From positions 2,272,001-2,336,000 of the forward strand of contig OZ245777.1 in NCBI GenBank assembly GCA_965227775.1: a DNA stretch of 64,000 nt. Direction: 5' to 3'. The notes beneath the pieces were generated by a model. It had not been told where the DNA came from and ran no database searches. It worked only from the letters and a program-made list of their open reading frames with translations. Made by a program: the position numbers and the translations under genes. This document shows, in pieces, positions 39,160 through 47,330 of this stretch; within the stretch, counting starts at the first letter, position 1, and every line of letters starts with the position of its first letter. The stretch comes from Phycisphaerales bacterium. Lineage in GTDB: Bacteria > Planctomycetota > Phycisphaerae > Phycisphaerales > UBA1924.

Positions 39160-41301
39160 ATGCTTGAGAACCGATTCGCACGTACAGCCGCCGCGTCGGC
39201 AATGGTCATCGGTGCATTGATGGCCCGCGTGGGCCAGGCGGGCCCCGGCGTGGCCGAGCACGCCATACTTGTGGTTGATCCGGGCTCGCCCGACGCGATG
39301 CGCGCCGCCAACGAGTACATCGCCGCCCGCGGACTGCCCGAGACTGCGGTGCTTTACATGACGCCCGACGCCGCGAACTTCGCCGCCTTCAACAACAACA
39401 ACCTCGTGGCCCTCTTCGGCGAACTCGCAGCCCGGGGAATCGGCGACCGCGCGGACTACATCATCATCGCGCCGCCCTCGCGGTATCGCATGAGGTCGTC
39501 GACCACCGTTGCTGACGGGTGCGCGCCCGTGAACAACTTTGGCATCTCGAGCGCGTACACCATGGCGTTTTACGCCGACGAAGTGCTGGGCGGCGGGCTG
39601 TCCGTAACGCGAACGCAGCCATTCCATCGCCCGATCGGCGAGCCGCGCGGGTTCGACAGCGAGGTCACGTACGCCGCCGGCAACCCGAGCTCGTCATCCC
39701 TGGCACGGCGGTCGTTCATCGGTGCGGTGCTGGGTTGGACTGGTGAACGCGGCAATACGATCGATGAAGTGGTCGACATGATCGATCGCTCGGTCGCGGC
39801 CGATGGAGCATCACCAGGCGGTTCGAACGACACGTACTACTTCATGAACACGACCGACGGGGCGCGCAACGTACGGCAGCCGCTGTTCGGACGGGTCATC
39901 ACGGATCTCACAGCCAAGGGCACCAGCGCGGTGCAGCAGGATGGCGAGGTGCCGACCGGCGGCGTCATGGCGGCTGGAATCATGACCGGCGTGGCCAACC
40001 CGCCCATCGATGCGGGCGACTTCGCGTTTGGCCCAGCCGCCTTCGCCGACCACCTGACGAGTTTTGCCGGACACTTTGGCACGGGCAGCCAGACCAAGAT
40101 GAGCCGCTGGATCGCCAAGGGCGCGGTCGGCAGTTCGGGCACGGTCGAGGAGCCCTGCAACTACACGGGCAAGTTTCCACATCCTCGGCTGCACTACTTC
40201 TACGACCAGGGCGCCACATTGGGCGAGGCCTACTTGAGGAGCATCGGCTTCGTGCCCTTCCAGGTGCAGTTCATCGGTGACCCGCTCGCGCGACCGTTCA
40301 CGTACGTGCCTGACGTCTCGTTCTCCTTGCCGAGCATCGCATCTGGCGTGGTGACGATCGATCCGAGTGCGATCACGGCGAAGCCGAGTACTGGCATCGG
40401 CCGCGTGCTTCTCCTTGCCAACGGCGTCACGGTCGACGAAGCAACTGGCAGCAGCGACCTCGAACTCGATACGACCTTGCTACCCGACGGCGTGAACGAG
40501 GTGCGTGTCGTGGCGTACGACGACACCGATCTCGAATCTCGTGGCAGCGAGACGCTCTTGGTCACCGTGAACAACCGCGGACGGCTGCCGACGCTCTCGC
40601 CGAGCGCCACGAGCGGTGGACTCAGCACGCAGATCACCTTCACGCTGGGAGCAACGGGAGCCGAGGAGATCCGCTTGGTGCGGGCAGGTGCAGTGCTCGC
40701 CGCGGTCGACGGCGCTGCAGGCGACGTATCGGTGTATGGTGCCAACCTGGGCGAAGGCCCGAGCACGGTGTGGGCCGAGGCGAGCTACGCGGATGGTCGC
40801 CTCGCCCGTTCCGCGCCGCAGACGATCACGGTCGATGGTGGATCGGTCGGGGCGCCTACGACACCGATCGCGTACGACTACACCCGAACCATCGAGCCGG
40901 GAACGACCGTCTTGGTCTCGCTGCCTGCCTCCGTGCGTGATGATGCAGCCGACATCAGTTACGAGATCGTCTCGGCTCCGGCCGGTGACGTCGATCTGTT
41001 GTGGCACGACGGTAAGGCATTCGCTCTCGTGCGAGTGGAACCAGGGATCACCTCGGGCGCAAGTCTGACGTTCCGCGTCACGAGTTCGGCGGGGTCCGAT
41101 ACCGGCGTGGTGACGCTTGGTCTGCCAGCGACGAGTTGCCGTGCCGACCTGGATGGCGATGGCGCGCTGACGATCTTCGACTTCCTGGCGTTCCAGAATC
41201 TGTTCGATGCAGGCGATCCGGTCGCCGACTTCGACGGCGACGGTTCGCTGACGATCTTCGACTTCCTGGCCTTCCAGAACGAATTTTCGGCAGGCTGCTG
41301 A
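39160..41301 (+). CDS. TIGR03790-like secreted protein with Ig-like repeats and GC-type dockerin tail
   Basis: ANEYIAARGLP, ADHLTSFAG, GTVEEP...FP, GATLGEAY, IGDPL; C-terminal DFDGDG.LTIFDFLAFQN twice; ends AGC. Confidence 0.75.
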   Translation: MLENRFARTAAASAMVIGALMARVGQAGPGVAEHAILVVDPGSPDAMRAANEYIAARGLPETAVLYMTPDAANFAAFNNNNLVALFGELAARGIGDRADYIIIAPPSRYRMRSSTTVADGCAPVNNFGISSAYTMAFYADEVLGGGLSVTRTQPFHRPIGEPRGFDSEVTYAAGNPSSSSLARRSFIGAVLGWTGERGNTIDEVVDMIDRSVAADGASPGGSNDTYYFMNTTDGARNVRQPLFGRVITDLTAKGTSAVQQDGEVPTGGVMAAGIMTGVANPPIDAGDFAFGPAAFADHLTSFAGHFGTGSQTKMSRWIAKGAVGSSGTVEEPCNYTGKFPHPRLHYFYDQGATLGEAYLRSIGFVPFQVQFIGDPLARPFTYVPDVSFSLPSIASGVVTIDPSAITAKPSTGIGRVLLLANGVTVDEATGSSDLELDTTLLPDGVNEVRVVAYDDTDLESRGSETLLVTVNNRGRLPTLSPSATSGGLSTQITFTLGATGAEEIRLVRAGAVLAAVDGAAGDVSVYGANLGEGPSTVWAEASYADGRLARSAPQTITVDGGSVGAPTTPIAYDYTRTIEPGTTVLVSLPASVRDDAADISYEIVSAPAGDVDLLWHDGKAFALVRVEPGITSGASLTFRVTSSAGSDTGVVTLGLPATSCRADLDGDGALTIFDFLAFQNLFDAGDPVADFDGDGSLTIFDFLAFQNEFSAGC
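41137..41298 (+). repeat. Dockerin-like tail, copy 2
   Basis: CRADLDGDGALTIFDFLAFQNLFDAGDPVADFDGDGSLTIFDFLAFQNEFSAGC. Confidence 0.9.
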
Positions 41302-41443
41302 TCGGGATTCGATCGCCGTACGGCATGGGCCAAGGTGGGGAAATACCTGCAACGCTCCAATGCGTGCGGGCTTTATGCTTGGGTGACTCGACCCCAGAGA
41401 TGAAGTGATCGCGTGCACCGGCATGCAGAGCGAGGAGTGAACG

Positions 41444-42892
41444 ATGTCGAACCGGACTCAGATGGCAACCGTGGCGGCGATGATCGCCGGCGTGGGGCTC
41501 GCAACTTCTGCGAACGCCCAGGTCGACGTGCGGACCGAGGTGTTCCTGACAGGCCTCGACGAGCCGACCGCCCTGGTGCATGCGCCCGGTGACTACGGAC
41601 GCGTGTTCGTCACCGAGAAGGACGGCCGCATCCGCGTGGTGCGTGATGGGGTCTTGCTTCCGACGCCCTTCCTCGACATCGACCCCCTGATCTCCAGCTT
41701 CGGCGAGCGTGGGCTCATCGGTATCGCCTTCAGCCCTGAGTACGACGATGACGGCTGGTTCTTCGTGCACTATTCCAACAACGCCGGCGACACAACGATC
41801 GCGCGATACTCGGTGTCGGCAACGAATCCCGATGTCGCAGACCCGTCGAGCGGGCAGGTTCTGCTGACGGTCGACCAGCCCTTCACGAACCACAACGGCG
41901 GATGGATCGACTTCGGCCCAAACGATGATTACCTCTACATCGCACTGGGCGACGGCGGAAGCGGCGGCGACCCGGATGGCTATGGCCAACGCCTGAACAC
42001 GCTCCTTGGCAAGATCCTCCGCATCGACGTGCTCGGCGCGCCCGATCCTGGCCTGGAGTACGCCATCCCCGCGGATAATCCGTTCGTTGGCACGGGGAGT
42101 GAGGAAGAGATCTGGGCATTCGGCCTGAGGAACCCGTACCGCAACGACTTCGATCCGGCCACCGGCGATCTGTACATCGCCGACGTCGGGCAACGTTCTC
42201 GCGAAGAGGTGAACTTCCAGCTCGCTGACAGCGCAGGCGGCGAGAACTACGGGTGGAAGTGCCGCGAGGGCGATCTGTGCTTCTCAACTGCCGTGCCTTG
42301 CCCAACGAGCTGCGATGCTTCGGCGTTCGTCGAGCCCGTCGTCACGTACGATCACACGTCGGCCGGTGGATGTTCCATCACGGGTGGCAAGGTCTACCGT
42401 GGCTGCCAGATCGATGGCCTCGCGGGCACGTATTTCTACGCCGACTATTGCTCGAACCGGGTCTGGTCGATCCGCATGGTCGACGGTGTGGTCACCGAGT
42501 TCACGCTACGGACCAGCCAATTCGGTGGCATCAGCAGCATCATTAGCTTTGGCCGCGACGCGTACGGCGAGCTCTACGTGCTGAGCCAGGGCGGCACGAT
42601 CCGCAAGGTCATGCCGGTGGATCCCATCGTCGACTGCGACGGCGATCTGGTGTCGGACGCGTGCGAGATCGCGGTGGGTGCCGAGGCGGACGTCAACGGC
42701 GACGGCATCCCCGACTCGTGCCAGTGCCTGGCCGACATCGATGGTGATGGCGACCTGACGCTGTTCGATTTCCTGGCGTTCCAGAACCTGTTCGATGCGG
42801 GCGATCTGGCCGCCGATTTTGATGGCGACGGCGAGCTCACGCTCTTCGACTTCCTGTCGTTCCAGAACGCGTTCGTCGCGGGCTGCCCTTGA
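41444..42892 (+). CDS. Glucose/sorbosone (PQQ-dependent sugar) dehydrogenase-family beta-propeller with dockerin tail
   Basis: GERGLIGIAFSP, NHNGG, ALGDGG, GKILRID, GLRNPYR, ADVGQ, NYGW, SFGRDAYGELY. Confidence 0.9.
   Translation: MSNRTQMATVAAMIAGVGLATSANAQVDVRTEVFLTGLDEPTALVHAPGDYGRVFVTEKDGRIRVVRDGVLLPTPFLDIDPLISSFGERGLIGIAFSPEYDDDGWFFVHYSNNAGDTTIARYSVSATNPDVADPSSGQVLLTVDQPFTNHNGGWIDFGPNDDYLYIALGDGGSGGDPDGYGQRLNTLLGKILRIDVLGAPDPGLEYAIPADNPFVGTGSEEEIWAFGLRNPYRNDFDPATGDLYIADVGQRSREEVNFQLADSAGGENYGWKCREGDLCFSTAVPCPTSCDASAFVEPVVTYDHTSAGGCSITGGKVYRGCQIDGLAGTYFYADYCSNRVWSIRMVDGVVTEFTLRTSQFGGISSIISFGRDAYGELYVLSQGGTIRKVMPVDPIVDCDGDLVSDACEIAVGAEADVNGDGIPDSCQCLADIDGDGDLTLFDFLAFQNLFDAGDLAADFDGDGELTLFDFLSFQNAFVAGCP
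42725..42889 (+). repeat. Dockerin-like tail, copy 3
   Basis: CLADIDGDGDLTLFDFLAFQNLFDAGDLAADFDGDGELTLFDFLSFQNAFVAGCP. Confidence 0.9.
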
Positions 42893-42912
42893 GACGCCGG
42901 TAAGTCGCAGCG

Positions 42913-44571
42913 CTACGCGCTTGCGAGCTGGGCGCTTGCCTGGGCGAGCACTTCGGCCGCGATCATCTCGGGGTTGTAGCCCGCGGGCATGAGCACGAAG
43001 GGTACCGAAGCTTGGCGAGCAAGTTCTCGGGCTCGCTCGGCATGCTCGTGCCCGGTCAGCTTGATAAGCACGACGACGAGCCTGGTGCGGGGGCTGGAAA
43101 TCGGCGCCCGCATCGGCTCGGCCGATCCGTGCTGGCTCAGTTCTGGCCACACGACCGCCTCAAGCCCGAACGCGTCGGTCATGCGTTCGATCGCGTCGCG
43201 GCGGGGCTCGCCGCCGATCACGACCAGCTGGTGTCCCTTCAGCAACTCGCGGACCTCGAGCACACGCTGGCTCCAGGCACGCTCACGCGAGTCGCCGTTA
43301 CTGGCTTGCTCGGACTCTCCGCTCGAGCGCGATCGTTCCAGGCGCTCGGCCGCGGATCGAAGCCTCGCGTGCGGCGTCACGCAGTCGGCAAACATCATGG
43401 GTTGCACGACGGTCGCGATCTGCTGAAGCAGCGCATCGAGATTCCCCGGCGCAGTTTCGACGAGTTCATCGATGACGCCGTTGATCTTCTTGCAGTCGTG
43501 AGCGGGTGGCTCCTCGTCGTACGGCGAAGAGGAGGCCTCGCGGACGCGCTGGGCGTGGTACAGCGCACGCTTCATCAGGCGTTCTGCGGCCTCGGTGCGG
43601 GACCGATCGGTTTCGATCAGTCGCAGCATCTCTCGTGCCCGATCGTGCGCTTCAGCGACGTCGGTGACGGGATCCGCCGGGTCGCTGAGCTGCATGTGGT
43701 TCTTCACGAGAAAACGGTGTTCGGCTGTCACGAGCTTCAGCCAGCGGTGGACCTCGTCTTGGTCGATGTCCGCCTGTGTAAGCCAGGTCTCTGCCAACGC
43801 CACGCGCAGGCCGCTGCTGGTCGTCGCGAGCACCTGCAGAGCCTCGTACACCTGTTCGTCGTCGGGCCACTCGCCGATCGGTTCGATTTCCTGGCAGAGT
43901 TCCGCGGCGTCGGCCATCGCCTCGTAACAGCCTGCTATGAGTCTGAGTTGGGAGTCGCTCGTCGGCACGCCCTTTCGGAAGAACATCCACAAGAAGCAAT
44001 CCGGAATCGAGCGTGCGGTCGCGATCAGCTCGTTCATCCGCTGGCGCGACGCCAGCTCTTCCTCGCTGTCGCGTTGCTGATTCTGTCGCACGACCTGATG
44101 CAGGCACGAATCTGCTTTCAGCCGGCATCGGAGTGCGATGCGTTCAAGATCGATCGACCGCGACGCTGCGGTTTGCTGGAGGTAGTCGTTCGTATCCTCG
44201 TGTCGCAGCACGGTGTCGTGAGCGGCTTTGCGCGCTGCTGCTACGTCCTGCGTCTCGCCGGTCACCGACAACTCGAGCTCGGCGTCACCAATCCGTAGCG
44301 GAACCACCTCGGCAGACCTTGCCCTGTCGAGCGTGGGCGTCGCACCAGTCGTGCGCCCATTCGAGGCGGTTGCACGTGCTTGCGTGCGCGAGGGATGCTG
44401 CGAACTCGCTTGTTCTGCAGGTGAACGTGCGGCTTCGATCGATGAGATCCGTTCCAGCGTCATCTCTGCGAGGCGCTTCGCGAGCGCCCGGAACGCCGGA
44501 GACTTCTCTATGTTCTCATCGAGGAATCGTTCGAGAAGAAACGCCAACGACTCGCGATCCTGAGTACTCAC
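42913..44571 (-). CDS. Hypothetical protein with C-terminal DUF2325-like domain
   Basis: Helical N-terminal region; C-terminal LVVIGG...VVVLIKLTGH...ARQASVPFV pattern. Confidence 0.65.
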   Translation of the reverse strand: MSTQDRESLAFLLERFLDENIEKSPAFRALAKRLAEMTLERISSIEAARSPAEQASSQHPSRTQARATASNGRTTGATPTLDRARSAEVVPLRIGDAELELSVTGETQDVAAARKAAHDTVLRHEDTNDYLQQTAASRSIDLERIALRCRLKADSCLHQVVRQNQQRDSEEELASRQRMNELIATARSIPDCFLWMFFRKGVPTSDSQLRLIAGCYEAMADAAELCQEIEPIGEWPDDEQVYEALQVLATTSSGLRVALAETWLTQADIDQDEVHRWLKLVTAEHRFLVKNHMQLSDPADPVTDVAEAHDRAREMLRLIETDRSRTEAAERLMKRALYHAQRVREASSSPYDEEPPAHDCKKINGVIDELVETAPGNLDALLQQIATVVQPMMFADCVTPHARLRSAAERLERSRSSGESEQASNGDSRERAWSQRVLEVRELLKGHQLVVIGGEPRRDAIERMTDAFGLEAVVWPELSQHGSAEPMRAPISSPRTRLVVVLIKLTGHEHAERARELARQASVPFVLMPAGYNPEMIAAEVLAQASAQLASA

Positions 44572-44588
44572 GGATCACGATAGGCGAG

Positions 44589-45302
44589 TCAAAACGCACG
44601 CTTCGTCGGATTGATCACCATGCCGTCGCGGCCGCAGATGAGAACATCGGCAATCTCGATAGCTTCGGCAAAGGACGACCGTGCCTGCTCGACGTCCGCG
44701 GAATCGTCGAGAACCCGACCTTGAGACAAGTGCTCGCCGTCGGGGACAGCATCCGAGCAGATGAGCAGCGTGTGGCTCGGCAGAGCGACCAGCAGCCCGC
44801 AGAGCCCCGGCGTGGCCCCAGGGAGGGGAAACAGATCCACCTTGTCAGCCAGTCGATCGGGTGCGGCCTTGCAATTGCGTAGCTGTGCGACACGCTCCTT
44901 CAGCGCGTCGAGCGGGTCCGGACTGTCATCATCCAGCCCATGGTTGCCGCCAAGCTCACCGCCCTGCGCCATCCGACGGAGCGTCTCAGCCAGCACCAGG
45001 CCGACGGACTCGCGCTCGGTCTCGTGGATCCACCAGCGTGCGTGATCGAAGAGACGCAGGCCGCGGGTCATGTCGGGCTTGAAGCAGGTCAGGAAAACGT
45101 CGGTGACCGCCGTCGGGCGAATGCCCGCGCGCTCGTGCAGCCGCGCGGCCAGCGCAACCTCGGGCAGACCAGGGTCGACGAGGATGCGCTTATCGCCGAC
45201 GGACAGCAGCACCGTGGTGGCGTGCCCCGTTCGCACGGGCGTGGTTTCGTTCCAGAGCGGATTGGCGGCAAGAGCCCCAAGGCTGATCAGGCGCAGGTCC
45301 AT
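44589..45302 (-). CDS. MBL-fold protein with degenerate metal-binding motifs
   Basis: ILVDPG, VFLTCFKPDM (HxHxDH position), LPGATPG (GHT position), CSDA, ICGRD (PGH position). Confidence 0.75.
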   Translation of the reverse strand: MDLRLISLGALAANPLWNETTPVRTGHATTVLLSVGDKRILVDPGLPEVALAARLHERAGIRPTAVTDVFLTCFKPDMTRGLRLFDHARWWIHETERESVGLVLAETLRRMAQGGELGGNHGLDDDSPDPLDALKERVAQLRNCKAAPDRLADKVDLFPLPGATPGLCGLLVALPSHTLLICSDAVPDGEHLSQGRVLDDSADVEQARSSFAEAIEIADVLICGRDGMVINPTKRAF

Positions 45303-45321
45303 ATGCGGCGAGGGTATCGCC

Positions 45322-46125
45322 CTATCGCGCCTCGAGCCGGCTGAACGTGACCGTGACCTCGCCCTCGCTATCGGGAAACTCGTGCGACATGCGCCGGATG
45401 AGCAGCGTCGCCTGGTCGAGCCAGAGCGTCGCAGGCCCGTGCGCGATGAGATCGAGTTCGAGCATGATGGTCGGGCTGCCGTTGACGCTCGTCACACCGA
45501 CGATGCGTGCACCCTGGTACTCGTTGCTGGGCCCCCAGGAGTCGCCCGCCAGGATGCGCGGCACGTTGGTCGTAAACACCGTCATGATGTTCTGGAACGG
45601 CACGATCGCCTGTTCGAGTGTCGGGGCTTGGCCATAGGTGCCCGAACGTATTGTCTCGAACCGCCGACCGGCCTTGTGCACCTCGAAGTTCGGCAGCCGC
45701 GATCCGGCCGTGCCGTTGACGTAGAACGAGAAGTCGCCGTCTCGCTCGTAGTAGGTACGGAAGCCGTACTCGTTGCGCCGGCTTGGCTGGATGATGACGA
45801 TGTTGCCCTCGTCGAGATAGACCTCCGCTTCGCCATACGCCATGGCCGAGCGGGTGAGCAACTCCTCGACGCCCATCGAGCCCGTGTAGGGTGACGAGCT
45901 CGTTCCGCCGCCTGCTGGCCCCGACCCACCAGTGGGCGACTCTGCCGGGCTCTCCGGCGGCGGTGGGGGTGCGGGCGGCGGAGCTGCGGGGGGAGCCGGC
46001 GGCGCCGCCACGATCGGAGGCGGCGTGTACGAACCGCCGCTCGAACATCCGGCGGCAACGGCCATCGCACCCGCGCCGATGGCGAGCGGAAGGCCGAGCT
46101 TCAGTGATCGTGCGGTTCGGTTCAT
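45322..46125 (-). CDS. Hypothetical lipoprotein, Pro-rich linker, possible LolA-like fold
   Basis: Lipobox AAGC; C-terminal TLWLDQATLLIRRM resembles LolA/DUF2092-type strands. Confidence 0.6.
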   Translation of the reverse strand: MNRTARSLKLGLPLAIGAGAMAVAAGCSSGGSYTPPPIVAAPPAPPAAPPPAPPPPPESPAESPTGGSGPAGGGTSSSPYTGSMGVEELLTRSAMAYGEAEVYLDEGNIVIIQPSRRNEYGFRTYYERDGDFSFYVNGTAGSRLPNFEVHKAGRRFETIRSGTYGQAPTLEQAIVPFQNIMTVFTTNVPRILAGDSWGPSNEYQGARIVGVTSVNGSPTIMLELDLIAHGPATLWLDQATLLIRRMSHEFPDSEGEVTVTFSRLEAR

Positions 46126-46133
46126 GGGCAAGG

Positions 46134-47330
46134 CTATCGGTCGTGGACGCGGGCGGCTGATCCTCGCTGGCGTTCATGCATCGCTTCGCGGTACACGTGC
46201 TCCAGGCCGGCAACCATCGCCGCTGCGCTGAACTCCCTGCCGGCAATCTCCCTGCCCGTCGCCGCCAGAGCCAGTCGTTCATCGGGCTTCGCGGCCAGAT
46301 GCCTGATCGCCTCTCCCAGGCCCTGCGAGTCACCGGTGGGGATGAGCCAGCCGGTCTGTTTGTGACGGCAGATCTCGGGCGTGCCGTCGCAGTCATACGC
46401 CACCGGGCACACGCCCGCGAGCAGCGCCTGAGTGACGGTCCGGGGCAACCCCTCCCGATAACTCGGGTGCGCCAACACGTCCATCGCGCGCAGCATGCCG
46501 GGTATGTCCCCGGGCGGCACCAGTCCCGTGAAGACCACCCTGCCGTTCAGCCCCATCTCGCTAATGCGCCGCTCGAGGTCTTGTCGCAGGTAGCCGTCGC
46601 CGACCCAGAGCAGCCGCCAGTGGTCCTTACTGCTCAGGTCCTCGCCGAGTGCATCGAGCAGGTCGTCGTGCCCCTTGTCCTGGGCCAGCCGGGCGACGGT
46701 GCCGACCACGAACTCGTGCGGCTCGATGCCCAGCCGTTCGCGAACACCGTCTCGCGTGGGCTGGCTCATCAGGTAGGGCTCGATGTCAACCCCGCTGCGC
46801 ACCGTGGTGTAGAGCGAGGGCGTGCCGATGCCACGCTCGAGGAACTGCCGCGTCATCGCGTCGGCCACGCTCACGACCGCGTCGCAACGCCTCGCGGCCA
46901 GCCTCTCGGCAAACGTGTAGACCGCGTTGGAGATCGGCTTACCCGGCAGGAACGGCGGGCCGTGGATGGTGTGCACCACGGCGGGTTCACACTTCGCGTG
47001 CCACCCGGCGAGCCGCCCGAGGATGCCCGCCTTGGACGAGTGCGTATGGACGATATCGGGCTTGATCGAGTCGATCAGGCCCTTGAGCTCGCGGTACGCC
47101 CGCACGTCGGCGAGCGGACGCACCGGCCTGATGAGATGCGGCACCTCGTGCGTCTCGATCTTGCCGAACGCGCGAACCCGATCCAGCATCGAACCCTCGG
47201 GCCCATAGATCGGTCCATACGCCAGATGCACCTCGTGCCCGAGCTCGGCCTGCCCCTCGCACGAGAGGATCGTGTTCTCCTGGCTTCCGCCGAGGATGAG
47301 GCGGGTGGAGATGTGCAGGATGCGGGTCAC
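46134..47330 (-). CDS. Glycosyltransferase family 4
   Basis: VHTHSSKAG, HTIHG, VARL..DKG, HPSYREGLP. Confidence 0.92.
   Translation of the reverse strand: MTRILHISTRLILGGSQENTILSCEGQAELGHEVHLAYGPIYGPEGSMLDRVRAFGKIETHEVPHLIRPVRPLADVRAYRELKGLIDSIKPDIVHTHSSKAGILGRLAGWHAKCEPAVVHTIHGPPFLPGKPISNAVYTFAERLAARRCDAVVSVADAMTRQFLERGIGTPSLYTTVRSGVDIEPYLMSQPTRDGVRERLGIEPHEFVVGTVARLAQDKGHDDLLDALGEDLSSKDHWRLLWVGDGYLRQDLERRISEMGLNGRVVFTGLVPPGDIPGMLRAMDVLAHPSYREGLPRTVTQALLAGVCPVAYDCDGTPEICRHKQTGWLIPTGDSQGLGEAIRHLAAKPDERLALAATGREIAGREFSAAAMVAGLEHVYREAMHERQRGSAARVHDR

Noticed and set aside
23536..42889. Dockerin-tail DNA repeats as a CRISPR array, IS ends or DGR template/variable repeats
   Set aside because: All are in-frame coding, with no spacers, transposase or reverse transcriptase; differences do not look adenine-specific.
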